A stretch of DNA of 64,000 nucleotides from Octopus sinensis (lineage: Eukaryota): the NCBI RefSeq assembly GCF_006345805.1, contig NC_042997.1, positions 200,756,001-200,820,000 of the forward strand. Direction: 5' to 3'. Within the stretch, counting starts at the first letter, position 1, and every line of letters starts with the position of its first letter. Below the pieces are notes generated by a model. The model was not told the DNA's origin. It made no database searches and saw only the letters and a program-made list of their open reading frames with translations. The translations under genes were made by a program, and so were the position numbers. Below, piece after piece: positions 50,287 to 63,699 of this stretch.

Positions 50287-50300
50287 CCTATCTATCTATC
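50175..50300. repeat. (TATC)n microsatellite
   Basis: Directly visible. Confidence 0.95.
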
Positions 50301-50498
50301 TTTTTTTTTTTCTTCCTCTCCCCCTTTTTTTTTAACCCCCCTTTTTTTGTCCTCTTTCTCTCCTTTTACGATCCCTTTTGATCGAAACTCCCCTTCCTTT
50401 TTTTTCTTTTTTTTTTTTTTTAAACCTTCAAAAGAAAAGCTCTACCTTGTAATTTGTTCTATCTGTGTGCAGCCCTGTGTGGCTAATAAAGAAACATA

Positions 50499-50588
<90 letters not shown>

Positions 50589-50635
50589 ATATATATATAT
50601 ATATTATATATATTATTATATATTGTCATATTCTG

Positions 50636-51240
50636 TTAGAGGCTGAATCTCCCTGTGAAGTACATTATGGCATGCATATCTGTGGTGTACTCAGCGACTT
50701 TTATGAGCAGACTGTTCTGTTAATCAGATAAACAAGAACCTTGTCGTCATAACCGACGGAGTGCCATTTTTTAAACAGAGTGAAAGTAAAGGAAATGTTC
50801 CATATCGTAAGGCAAAAATGTCAGGTGTTTAGTATAAGCAGTTAAAGCTAAGACGAAATAATTGCTATTCCGTTGTGTATTTGCCCTCGACTCACACTCA
50901 GTTTGATAACAACAACCTGCACATCGGTGTTTATGTGGAAGCTTGGCCTCCAGATATGTGAGACCCACAAATGTCGCTGTTAGGACCAGATTAACACCCA
51001 TAGTGACCCTAACAACTAAAAAGATTTTCCTGCCCCTATATAGGATCCTTTTTCGTTTTCTTTCGACCACTTGAAGGTTTATCTTGCTCCAGTCCACCCA
51101 GCTGGTCAAAATGAGTTGTAGCTGTAATTCAAAGGGGCCTGTCTTGTCATGTTGTATGTGAGGCTGAATCTCCCTGAGAACTACGTTAACGGTATGCATG
51201 TCTGTGGAGAACTCAGCCACTTGCGAGTTAATTTTATCTT
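50636..51240 (+). mobile_element. Two SINE family C 3' fragments (~50636-50767 and ~51075-51240)
   Basis: gaggctgaatctccctg occurs in both; ttgctccagtccacccagctggtcaaaatgagt central domain. Confidence 0.6.
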
Positions 51241-51745
51241 TGCGTGGTAATAAAAAGTGAAAGTGACCTCCAATATTTGCTGTAGTTATTTGTCTTTGAT
51301 TTAAAAATGTGTCTAAATATCTATGCATCAACTTCTCTTTTGATCCATGTATCTACTGTCTCTCTCACTTTCTCTCTTTCTCTCTCACTTCCTCTGTGTC
51401 CCTCCTCTCTTACGCTTTTAACTTAACAATGTCTGTATATATCTATGTATCAACTTTTCTTTCGATCTATGTATCTACCTAGCTTGCGATGTGATAAACA
51501 TACAAAGACACAAAATGAATGCCCTCACCACACACTGTCTCATCCACTCTCTCTCTCTTTCGCTCTTTCTCTCCATCTCTCTCTCCCTTCATCTCTCCCT
51601 CTCTCTCCCTTAGTCTCTCTTACTTTCTCTCTGTCTTCCTCTCTCTCTCTCTCTCTCACTTTGCCATTCACTTCTTCTTTTGAAGTAATGTGACAGGTAC
51701 GTACAAAAACAAACAAAACTAAGCGTATTAATATTACTGATAGTA

Positions 51746-51809
<64 letters not shown>

Positions 51810-54800
51810 GAGAGGAAGACACCGGGGACGTTTAAGAAGGAAGACACCGGGGACGTTTAAGATGTAAGAAGGAAAATACAGAGCTCCGAAATCTATCCAC
51901 AAACATCGAAAACAAGGACACCCTATGGAGGCAAAGATTTACTAACAAAGAATTGGACTATATCCGAGTAAGTAATGCTAATTGAAATTTATTACTATTT
52001 CCGAAACGAAATGATGTATTTTGACTCGATATTATCTCCACCTCTAACACAACACATGTAAACATGCGTGGAACAACACGATCATCCCCGACCTCAAACA
52101 CCATGTACAAAGGAACTACGAAGAAATTAAATGCCACCGATACTATTCAACCCAAGAATAACAATCGAGCGGTACTTACATTAAACCTACAACAAAAAAT
52201 GTACGAAAAACTACACGTGCGAAATAATGTGACAACAGAAATAAACGGACCGGTACCCTACGAAAATGACGACCGTCAAAATAATGGGCCGGACGTTGTA
52301 CCTCATGTCCCGCAAATAAAACCTAAAAGACGTAAATGGACACGTGAGGAATACATTTCTATCTTACACGCATACTTCACAGCAATGCTCTACCCACAAA
52401 ATGAAAATACAACAACACATACATATAAAATATGGAAGGAAAATAATAGAGATATAGACTTGAATACAGCAATGAACCCTAATAAATTAACTAACGTACG
52501 AAGATACATTCTCCAAGCCAAAAAAAATCAGAAATAGAAATAGAACATTTAAAAGAAAAAATACACCAGGAAAATGTAGATAGAAGCCACACAACAATAC
52601 CCAATAATATAAACACTGAAACTGTAAAACACGAAGACAAACGCAACATTCCCAACAAACACGATGTAAACAACGAAGGGGAGCCTAATGATTATGATAA
52701 TATAAAAAATAAAATAATCAAAGAACTGAAAACCACAGAGCCCAAAATGGACCACCGACCATACCTCCCAAGAATAAAAATACGCAACAACACACCAATT
52801 ATAAACAACATAAACCTAGCCGTCACTGAACTAGCCACTGAAACAAAAAAAGTGATATCACTGAACTAAATGACTTGATATATGCAGCAGCCACTGCAGC
52901 CACAAAAAGAGCTGGATACTCACCCAAACCCGCCCAAACAGGAGTACCACCACCCAAACAAACCTGTGGATAAATAACATCCAAAACAAAATAAAAAAAA
53001 TTAGAAAAGACCTTTCGATTCTTAATGAAATCAGCAAACAAGCAACGCTACTAAGCAACAAAAAGAGAACAAAATGCTCCGTAATATACATCACAGAAAA
53101 ATATTGCCGGAGATAAAAGAAAAGCTGAAGCAAGATATCCTTACCAAAGCTCAAAGGATCCGCCGGTACGAGAAACGCCAACGCTTCTTTGAACAGAACA
53201 AAAAGTTCAACTCCACCCCAAAAAGTTCTACCAAGAACTGGGCAAAAATAAAATAAAGTCACTGCAGCACCAACGGCAGAAGAATTGGAAGAATTCTGGA
53301 GAGAAATATGGTCGGCGAACGAACAGCCCAAAAAAGGAGTATGAAAATAACAAACTCGGCATCTGAACAACTTTGGACCCCCATAACAACTGAAGAGGTC
53401 ACCCAGGCACTGCAAAAACTAAGCAACTGGAAGGCACCTGGGCATGACAAGATCCCCAACTTCTGGTTGAAATATCTAACAGGAATGCACAAAAAGCTGG
53501 CTGAAAACTTTAACAGCATACTAGCAGAGCCAGAGACAATGCCTGAATGGCTCACGAAGGGGAAAACCATCTTAATTCCTAAATCAAATGAAACAACAAA
53601 ACCAGAAAACTACAGACCAATAACCTGCCTCCCTACTATGTTCAAGGCATTTACTGCAGTGATATCGCAAAGGCTGAACAAGCACCTGGACGAAAACAAA
53701 CTGTTCCCAGAAGAGCAGAAAGGATGCCGCAAGGGCTCATATGGCTGTAAAGATCAACTAATGATTAATAAAGCCGTAACTGAAGACAGCCACAGAAAGA
53801 AGAAAGGCCTCAGTATGGCCTGGATTGACTACAAAAAGGCGTTTGATAGCATCCCCCCCCACATGGATCCTCGAAACACTAGCCATTAACAAAGTAGCAC
53901 CAACAATCATAAAATTCATAGAGCACTCTATGAATAAATGGCAAACAGTCCTACACCTCCAAACAAAAGAGGGACTCATGAAAACCAAAGACATCCCCAT
54001 TAGAAGAGGAATATTCCAGGGAGACACACTCTCTCCACTCCTTTTCTGCTTGGCACTGTCACCTCTATCTGATATGCTAAATAGAACTGGATGCGGATAT
54101 AAATGTTACGGCAAAACGATCAGCCACCTTTTATATATGGATGACCTAAAACTATACGCTGCAAATGACAAACAGCTGGAAACACTATTAAAGACAGTTC
54201 ATGGATTTACCACCAAGAAATAGATATGAAATTTGGATTAGAAAAATGCGCCAAAGTAACCATGAAAAGAGGAAAACTAGTTAAGAGTAACAACATCACA
54301 CTAGATAAAACCAATGAAATAAAAGAATTAGACCAAAGCCAAACTTACAAATACTTAGGAATCCATGAACTAGATAAGACACAACACACACAAATGAAAG
54401 AGAAAATAAAAAAAGAATATTATAGACGAGTTAGATCAATACTAAAAACAGAGCTCAATGCTAAAACAAGATAATAGGTATCAACACTTTAGCTGTCCCA
54501 GTTATAAGTTACAGCTACAATATCCTTAACTGGACACGAAATGAACTGTCCAAAATAGATAGGAAAACAAGAAAAATACTGACAGGATCTAGGATGCATC
54601 ACCCAAAATCTGACATAGAAAGACTATATATACAACGTATAGAAGGTGGTAGAGGCCTTATACAGCTGGAAACTACTATAAAATAACACCATAGGACTGC
54701 AAAAATACCTACTTCAGAAGGAAGGAAAACTGATCCAGATAGCAGCAAAACACGAGCAAAACAAAAATCTGTTCTCAGTATTTAAGGAAGCTGACAAATA

Positions 54801-55777
54801 CAAACAAGAAATCATACCACCTAATAAACACAAAGAAGAAGAAGAAGATGATGAAGAAACAACAAAAGCTATAAAACAAATGAAATCCAAACTAAAAATA
54901 GAACAGCAACGAGCCATGATAAAACGATGGCAAGAAAAGCCCCTTCATGGTAAATACTGCACTAAACTAAACGCAAAAGAATAGACAAAGAAAAATCCCA
55001 GCAATGGTTGAGAAGCTCAGGACTCAAAGCAGAAACAGAGGGATTTTTAATTGCAGCACAAGACCAAAGCCTCCCCACCAGAAATTACCAAAAACATGTA
55101 ATGAAAAGAAATATTACAAGTAACTGCAGAATATGTGGAGATGGACAAGAAACAATAAATCATATTATCTCTAGCTGCCCAGTCCTGGCTAAGAAGGAAT
55201 ATATTCACAGACATGACAGAGTTGGAACCTACATACATTGGAAGCTATGCCAACATTATGGAATAACAACAGAAAAAAATATGGTATAGGCACACACCAG
55301 AAAAGGTCACAGAAAACGAGAAGCAACCATACTCTGGGATATGCCGATACACACAGATAGAGAAATTAAGGCCAACAGACCAGATATAGTTGTCAGAGAT
55401 CATGAAGAAAAAAAATGCTTTCTAATTGATGTATCAATACCGGCAGATGACAACGTGTCTCTAAAAGAAATGGAGAAACTCTCAAAATACAAAGACCTGG
55501 AAATAGAGATAACTAGAATGTGGAACCTGAAAACAGAAACAATTCCTATTAGGCATGATAAAAAAATATTCAGACAAATACATAACAAAAACACCAGGAC
55601 TTACAAACACATATAACATACAGAAAATTGCACTACTAGGCACTGCACACATCCTACGCAGAACACTTTCCATACAATAACCATCAGAGCATCACAACAA
55701 ATCACAGCGCATACCCAAGGCACACAGAGCTGCGCTCGGTAGTGAATTGAAAGCACGCTATAAAAATAAAACTACTG
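51810..55777 (+). mobile_element. Full-length R4/Dong-clade retrotransposon with many frameshifts, flanked by (AAT)n
   Basis: KRRKWTREEY, NWKAPGHD, YRPITCL, AWIDYKKAFDS, GIFQGDTLSP, YMDD, CRICG..H..C, RHD, RPDIVV across ORF fragments 52064-55680. Confidence 0.93.
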
Positions 55778-55821
55778 AATAATAATAATAATAATATAAT
55801 AATAATAATAATAATAATAAT

Positions 55822-57925
55822 AGTTTGCATGGGAGGCTGAGGGAACAACTTCAGGATTGTCTTAATGTAGGAATAATACCAGATTGGATGCTTTATGTGA
55901 GATAAGAGCAAGTGTAATAAAGCTAGCAATTATAGACCAATCACTTGCTTACCATTAGTGTAGAAGCTGTTAACAGGAATGCTTTCAGAATGCGTTTCTG
56001 ATCACCTTGACAACCAGAATTTATTGCCAGAAGTACAGAAAGGTTGCAGGAAAAGGGTTAGCGGAATGCATGATCTATTATATATAGACAAAGCAGTTCT
56101 AAATGAAGTAAAATCTAGAAAGAAAAATCAAACAATAGCAAAAATCTAACAAAAGCTTATGACACGATCCCACACTCATGGATAAGTGAATGTTTGAGTA
56201 TATTCAATATAGCAGACAATATAAGAGAATTAATTAGCTTTAGCATGAAGAAATGGAAAGTAGATCTCTGTTCAGGTGACACACTGTTAGGGAAAGTTAA
56301 TATCAAAAGAATTTTCCAATGGGATTCGTTGTCCCCTTTAATATTTGTCTAACGTTTGATCCCTCTCAGTTTAGTATTTAGGAGAGCAAAGGCAGGGATC
56401 CATTCAGAAATAGTAAGGAAAAAATTAACCATTTGTTCCACATGGATAAATCTGAATCTTTCTAATAAGAATGAAAAAGAGATAGATTCCTTAATGCAGA
56501 CTGTAAGACACTTCGGAAAAGATATAGGCATGGAATTAAGCATAGATAAGTGTACGATATTAGTCATGAGAAGGGGACAGGTAGTCAACAGCGAAGGCAT
56601 CCAATTACCAGATGGCCAGACATTAAAATAATTGAAAGGAGGAGAGAGTTATAAGTGTCTATGAATATTAGAATCTGACAGTGTACTAACTACGGAAATG
56701 AAAATGAAAATTGAGAAGGAGTATATCAGAAGGGTGAGGAAACTAATGAACTCAAAGCTAAATGTTTCGAATCTAGTGACGACTGTAAATACATGGGTAG
56801 TATCATTACTTAGATACTCAGCAGCTTTTGTAGATTGGACAAAAACTAAATTATCAAAGCTAGATGGAAGAAATATGAGGGAATGCAATGTAAATCGAGG
56901 GCTCCACCCAAGTGCAGGAGTAGCAAGATTATACTTACTAGAAAGGAAGGTGGAAGAGGGTTAATATCAGTAAAAGACTGGGTGGTGTTAGCTATAGTAG
57001 ATATAGGCTCCTATGTAGGTAATAGTGAAGAAAGTTTATTAAAAGCTGCTAGAGTCACAGCAAGACATAGGGAAACCAAAACCCCAAACGAAGTTAAAAA
57101 CCAGAAAAAAGAACAGAAGTTATCTGACTGGCAGGAGAAGGCATTGCATGGAAGATTCTTAAAGATAGTTGCAGCAAATAGTTGTAGTGAGGCATTGCTA
57201 TGGTTGCAGAAAGGAATGCTGAAAAGGGAGACAGAGAGTCTGTTAGTAGCAGCACAAGATCAAGAATTAAGGACTAATTGGATAAAAGCCAAGATAGACA
57301 AAAATCAAGTGGATTCCCAATGTAGGCTATGCAAATCAAATTAGGAATGAGTAACTAATACAGTAAGTATGCTGGCATAGAAAGAATACAAGAAAAGACA
57401 TTACAACTTAGGGAGAGCAATCCACTGGGAGCTATGTAGAAAGATAGGATTTGAACATACTGATAAATGGTATGTACATGAACCTAGTAAAGTACTAGAA
57501 AGTAAGAAATGCAAGATGATGTAGGTCTTTAACTTTCAGACTGACAGGGCCTGATTTGTTAGTAGTAGATAAAGACAATAGAAAGTGCCAAATAATTGAC
57601 AGTCCCAAATGATGAAAAAATCAATATGAGAAGTATAGAAAAATAGCAAAGTACCAAGACCTAGCCATTGAATTACAGAGACTATGGGAAGTGGAGGTAA
57701 AATGTATCCCAGTAGTTATAGGTGCATTGGGGAACTATCCTTAAAGACCTGAATAGACGGATAGGGGAAATAGGCGTAAAACTCAGTTTAGTACAGCTAC
57801 AGAAAACAGTATTATTAAGGACCACTAGATACTTAGGAGGGTTCTTGGCATCTAAGGCTACTTGTTGCAGTCTGGTGTCAGGATTTTTTTTTTTTTCCAA
57901 CAGTCTAGTCTGTTGAGTGTATATG
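55822..57925 (+). mobile_element. 5'-truncated decayed R4/Dong copy of another subfamily
   Basis: SNYRPITCLP, LLPEVQKGCRK, LRYSAAFVDW, GRGLISV, WQEKALHGRF, LLVAAQDQELRTNWIK..CRLCK. Confidence 0.85.
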
Positions 57926-57940
57926 AACAACAACAACAAC

Positions 57941-58333
57941 AAATGCTCTGATGTAATATCAGGCATTGGCTCCCATGGCTTCTGAACTTAACTGATTGGA
58001 TTATTGTTGAGAGGAATTCTTTGGAGTTTGAATAATTCACCTCTCGAACCATGGGTGTTTTTTGTTCAACATTCTTAAACAACCCTTATCTGTCAAGGTC
58101 CTTTTAAGAGGGATGGGCTACTTGAGCTGAAGAAAATTCTAACAGGTCCCCACCTGCAAGGTTAGGTGCTGCTTATCTTGATATGAAATCACCATGATAT
58201 GAGTTCATACACATATGCTTGTGATGCATGTGCCTGGTGTACCCTTATCAGACAGGCAGTAATGATGAGTATACTAGGCTACGTATATTTTACCCCCAGT
58301 GACACTTTGATGGCATGCACTGCTCTCTCACTC
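57941..58333 (+). mobile_element. Internally deleted AAT-flanked element
   Basis: Same termini as 58391-58948. Confidence 0.85.
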
Positions 58334-58358
58334 AATAATAATAATAATAATAATAATG

Positions 58359-58390
<32 letters not shown>

Positions 58391-58394
<4 letters not shown>

Positions 58395-58948
58395 GCCCTG
58401 ATGAAGTACCAGGCAGTGGCTCTCATGGCTTCTGATCTTAACTGATTGGAAGTGTTATCATGTACATTGTTTTGTCTTGGTATAAAAGATGGGCTACAGC
58501 AAATATTCTGCTCAATACCACAGATTTGCTTGTCAGTTGTTTGACCTTAACCAGTTGAGCATGTTCCTTAGTGGCTGACGATATGTGCATCTCTGATCAC
58601 GAGCAGAAGTAGTGGGGGAGCATCATAGCCATGTGTTGAGAGGGATTCTTTGGAGTTTGAATAGTTCACCTCTGGAAACATGGGTGGTTCTTTCAACATC
58701 CTTAAACAACCCTTATTCAGGGGCCGTTTGAGCGGGATGGGCTACTCAACCTGAAGAAAATTCTAACTGGGCCCCACCTGCAAGGTCATGTGCTGTTTAT
58801 CTTGATATGAGATCACCATGTCGCGCACATATGGTTGTGATGCATGTGCCTGGTGTACCTTTATCAGACGGGTAGTCATGATGGGTATATTGGGCTTCGT
58901 ATATTTTACCCCAGTGTCACTTTGATGGCATGAACTGCTCTCTCACTC
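58391..58948 (+). mobile_element. Full ~560-bp AAT-flanked non-coding element
   Basis: Starts aaatgccctgatg, ends ctctctcactc, (AAT)n on both sides. Confidence 0.9.
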
Positions 58949-59671
58949 AATAATAATAATAATAACGAAAAATTTACTGGTGTCTTAAAATTTTTTGTAG
59001 GTCACTGTATTTAGAGTAGAGAATACATGAAGTTGATTGCAGTTGTGCTGTAGTCTAAATATAGAGTGAGATAAAGTGGTGAGGAAGAGTCTATTGTATG
59101 CACAGATATTTTATTATCTATAAGTGAATGCAAAGTGAAAATACTTATACTGAAGACAAGTGACAATGTTAAACACAAATGACAAATAATCAACGAAATC
59201 ACTCTTGCAATGGAAAACACAAATTTAATAGAAAGCATCCATGAACATTTTCAATATAAATCTCGTCACTCGGAATGTCGGTATCATTTAGTGAGATGGA
59301 AGCACGAGTTTCATATCTTATTCTTGATTGCCTACAGAGATTAAATATAAACTGTCGCTATTTCAGCTTTCCTATTACAGTTAAGTTCAGCTTTTTTTTT
59401 CTCTTCCTGTTATAATACGCTTTTGATATCCGGAGATAGCTGGAACCAGAGTGTCATGCCAAAATTTTGTTGGTTACACACAGCTCTTAGCTGTCAATTT
59501 GAAGTAATAATTCACTGTGAAAGAAGAGTTCTCTGATGTCATGCCTTCCAGAGAAACGTTGAGACGGGTTAGTTTGGGAATGGTTGAAACAGCAGATAAG
59601 CTCTACCTCCAAAAAAAAATAATAAAAAATAAAAAATTAAAACTGGGAAAGATTGTTCAAAATGTTTAAGT

Positions 59672-59920
59672 CTGTGGTTCTCAACCAATTTTTTATTATT
59701 TTTTTTTAAGGGATCACTTTGATTTCTATTTTACTGAGGTGGATATTTAAAAATTCCTGTTATATTTTTAAAATTAAATATTATAAGAAATTGTATTTTA
59801 AAATTGTTAAAAAATTTGTGTATTGCAGAAGTATAACCAGTTTATTGCAGATAAATTTTAATGAAAAAAAATCTTATATGGGACCCCAAGGGTTATATGA
59901 ACCCTAATTGAGAACCACTG
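59672..59920. mobile_element. hAT/Charlie-like MITE
   Basis: TIRs c(t/a)gtggttctcaa / ttgagaaccactg; 8-bp TSD reconstructable as gtttaagt/ttttaagt. Confidence 0.75.
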
Positions 59921-59926
59921 TTTTAA

Positions 59927-60147
59927 CCCTTTTGTTACTGCATTTATTTTGAGATGCTCTGTGTTTCTTTCAATTATTTTAAATATAATAAAGAATTTAG
60001 TAAAATAACTTAGATATCATTCAGCTAGTGTTAGGAACATAATTTGTAACAAAAGGTTTGGTGGAAGATTTTAATACAAAACTTTTGAAAACAAGACATT
60101 TGTACACATAGCCAGAGCCAGTTTCAGCTGGGTTGGTAACAAAAGGG
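59927..60147. mobile_element. piggyBac-like MITE
   Basis: TTAA|cccttttgttac ... gtaacaaaaggg|TTAA, perfect 12-bp TIRs. Confidence 0.88.
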
Positions 60148-60419
60148 TTAAGTGAGAGAAAACAAGGTGGGAAGAGTGGACTCGGTACAGATTTCAGTCT
60201 TTGAATTGCAAATAAATGGATGAATTATGTCTAGATTCCTTAGATGGAATAATGCTAAGATTCAAGGCTAAACAAGCAAAGGACTGTTTTAAGCTGCAAT
60301 GGAACTTTAAAGAAAAAGAGAGAGAAATAAAGAATATAAAGACAAGCAGTCTGACTATGTTTTTATTTTCTATAAAAACCTGGCACGAAAGAGTTATGTA
60401 TGGTCTCATATATGAACGC

Positions 60420-61309
60420 ATTGTGTCTTTCCATAAATAATGTGGGTTTTTTTAGATTTCTTTTATTTTTCAAAATTAAGATAAACAAAGAACTTTTTTG
60501 ATCTAAAATATACTCACCTTCGTTTTCTACAATTTTCTTTCATCTATCCAGTAGACTTGTAAGGCCTCTCTTCCAAAATTCACTTGTCTGTGATGAAAAA
60601 TACTCCTTCAGTACTGTTCTGACCTTGTCTATAGAATTCATAATTTTTTGTCCATTTTTCGGAATAAATGATAATCAGATGGGGTAATGGTGGGTGGGGC
60701 ATCATTACCCATTCAAACTGCTCCAGCCTTTGGAATGTCATCCTTGTTGTACGTGGCCAAGTATTATCCTAATGGAAGAAAATCTTTCGTTTTGAAGCCA
60801 AAGATGGTCATTTTCTGATGGCATGCAGGTGCTGATGACAGGCTGAATGGGTAAATCCAAGCTTCTCTGCTAGTTTCTCAACAGATACGATATGATTTTG
60901 TCCCACCAGGGTTTGCAGGACGTCCTCATCGAGCTCTGCAGATCTTCCAGGATGAGACTCATCTTCTAGGCTGTAGTTTCCGGCTCAGAATTTGTGGCAC
61001 CACCATTGACACTGGCTTATGCCTATTACCCAATCTCCGTAGACTGCATTAATATTCCTCACACTTATTTCCTTTATTGAACTCACAAAGCAAAATATGC
61101 CAAATATGCTCCTTTGTCACTTCCATTATAACTTTAAAAGAATAGCTGTTAAAATCGAACTGCACTCTTCAAAACTTGCACTAAGAATAAGTACAAGGTA
61201 AAATCACTACCTACTTTTATAGCAAGTTGATGCAGGTAGTTTATCCCATCTCCCTCCGAATTTTAGTTCATGCGATTGAAAAAACCGCATTATTTATGGG
61301 ATGAACCAA
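60420..61309 (-). mobile_element. Internally deleted mariner transposon
   Basis: TIR ttggttcatcccataaataatgcgg with a diverged partner at 60421; NINAVYGD..GNYSLEDESHPGRSAELDEDVLQTL HTH region; C-terminus SEFWKRGLTSL..KIVENEGEYILD. Confidence 0.85.
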
Positions 61310-61966
61310 TATTTTATGTCTTTTCGCTTGTTAGAATATAATGATAAATGAATATATTGTTATGGAAAATAATGTTCACCAATTTAACTTTTAATGTGTA
61401 CTTCTAGTGTGTTGTAAGCACCAAAGGCTTAAAAGGACCAAGTTTAATTTTTATTAGTTTAAAAGCCTAAAAACAATCAATTTTCCAAACAACACATTTT
61501 ATTCACTGTTTGTTTTTCCTTCTTAATGTAACAACAACAATGCTGTACCTATTTCTTTTTTGCTATGTTTGAAAGGAAAAGTAAGTTTGTTAATTAAACA
61601 AAGACACCAAAGAATGCGATTCCGCATCCCGTAATGGAGAATCAATAACGGTTCATGACATACCCCAATTTATAATTAGTACGGTATTACATCTTTTTCA
61701 TGTCTTTACATCAAACTCAACCAAATAAGATGTCTAAAAGTTAAATTAAGAAACCCTAGATATTTCGTTCTTACTATGATGAATAGTAAAAACAAAACGG
61801 GAAATTTCTAGATGCAAAAATTGATACAATTCCTTATTCAAATATCTCTGGCTTTCTCTCTGTCTGTGTGTGTGTGGTGTGTGTGTGTGTGTGTGTGGTG
61901 TGTGTGTGTGTGTGTGAATGCGTGTGTGAGTGTGTGTGTGTGTGTGAGTGTCTTTCTCATTCACCC

Positions 61967-61967
<1 letters not shown>

Positions 61968-62015
<48 letters not shown>

Positions 62016-62018
62016 ATA

Positions 62019-62049
<31 letters not shown>

Positions 62050-62088
62050 TTAACTATCTATTTAACTATCTATCTATCTATCTATTTG

Positions 62089-62124
<36 letters not shown>

Positions 62125-62192
62125 CCTATTTGTCTATCTATCTATCTATCTATTTATCTATCTATTTAACTATCTATCTATCTATCTATTTG

Positions 62193-62232
<40 letters not shown>

Positions 62233-62346
62233 CCTATCTATCTATCTATCTATCTATCTATTTGTCTATCTATCTATCTTCTATCTATCTATCTATTTAT
62301 CTATCTATCTGTCTACCTTCTATCTATCTATCTATCTATCTATATA

Positions 62347-62377
<31 letters not shown>

Positions 62378-62416
62378 TTAACTATCTATTTAACTATCTA
62401 TCTATCTATCTATTTG

Positions 62417-62452
<36 letters not shown>

Positions 62453-62482
62453 CCTATTTGTCTATCTATCTATCTATCTATT

Positions 62483-62513
<31 letters not shown>

Positions 62514-62589
62514 CTATTTGTCTATCTATTCTATCTATCTATCTATCTATCTATCTACCTATCTATCTATCTATCTATCTATCTATTTG

Positions 62590-62622
<33 letters not shown>

Positions 62623-62644
62623 TTATCTATCTATCTGTCTACCT

Positions 62645-62690
<46 letters not shown>
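61968..62690. repeat. (TATC)n array with a ~327-bp higher-order duplication
   Basis: Variant motifs recur at 326-328-bp spacing. Confidence 0.9.
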
Positions 62691-62693
<3 letters not shown>

Positions 62694-62722
62694 ATATATA
62701 TATATATAATATATATATATAT

Positions 62723-62754
<32 letters not shown>

Positions 62755-62939
62755 ATCTTTGTGTAATTAGTTATTAGCCTTAAACATTGAGTTACACACA
62801 AACAATGTAAATGAAACGAAATAAATTGCATTAGATAACTGTGTGTGTATGTGTGTGTACTTATATGTATATATATATATACACACACACATAAATACAT
62901 ACACACGTTTATATATACATTTATCTATGTATATATGTA

Positions 62940-62942
62940 TAC

Positions 62943-62977
<35 letters not shown>

Positions 62978-63160
62978 TGTATGAATGTATGTATGTATGT
63001 ATGTATGTATGTATGTATGTATGTATGTATGTATGTATGTATGTATGTATGTATGTATGTATGTATGTATGTATGTATGTATGTATGAATGTATGTATGT
63101 ATGTATGTATGTATGTATGTATGTATGTATGTATGTATGTATGTATGTGTGTGTGTGTGT

Positions 63161-63247
<87 letters not shown>

Positions 63248-63320
63248 ATGTATGTATGTATGTATGTATGTATGTATGTATGTATGTATGAATGTATGTA
63301 TGTATGTATGTATGAATGTA
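62940..63320. repeat. (TATG)n/(TG)n microsatellite
   Basis: Directly visible. Confidence 0.95.
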
Positions 63321-63699
63321 TATCTATGTTTGTACATGTGTGTGTGTTTGTACCATAGAAATCTGTCAATTTCATAAAAGTTTTGTGTTTTCTGTTGCCA
63401 AGAAATGTTTTTCTTTCCTTCTTCTTCATTTCTCACCATACAACCATTTCAATGGATGTAACTTGTCCATATGAACAATATTTACAACAATGCCATTTTA
63501 ATTTATGCATTTCCACCATTGTACCAAGTGAGAAACATTTTATTACTAAGTAGACACAGAAAAATGACCAACAAAACAGCTAATACTCTGTATTAGTGCC
63601 TGGTTAAGTTGGAAAATATCAGATACAAGAATAGATAATGTTTTGAACTCTAGATTTATAAATGTTGCCATGTAACGTTAATTAAATATTGATTTGTCT

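Noticed and set aside
50771-51331. 186-aa ORF
   Set aside because: It runs antisense through SINE C fragments and has no domain features.
58397-58420. CTGATGA at the start of the AAT-flanked element
   Set aside because: There is no helix II or GAAA downstream, and the 30.99-kb copy reads ctgatgc, so it is not a hammerhead.
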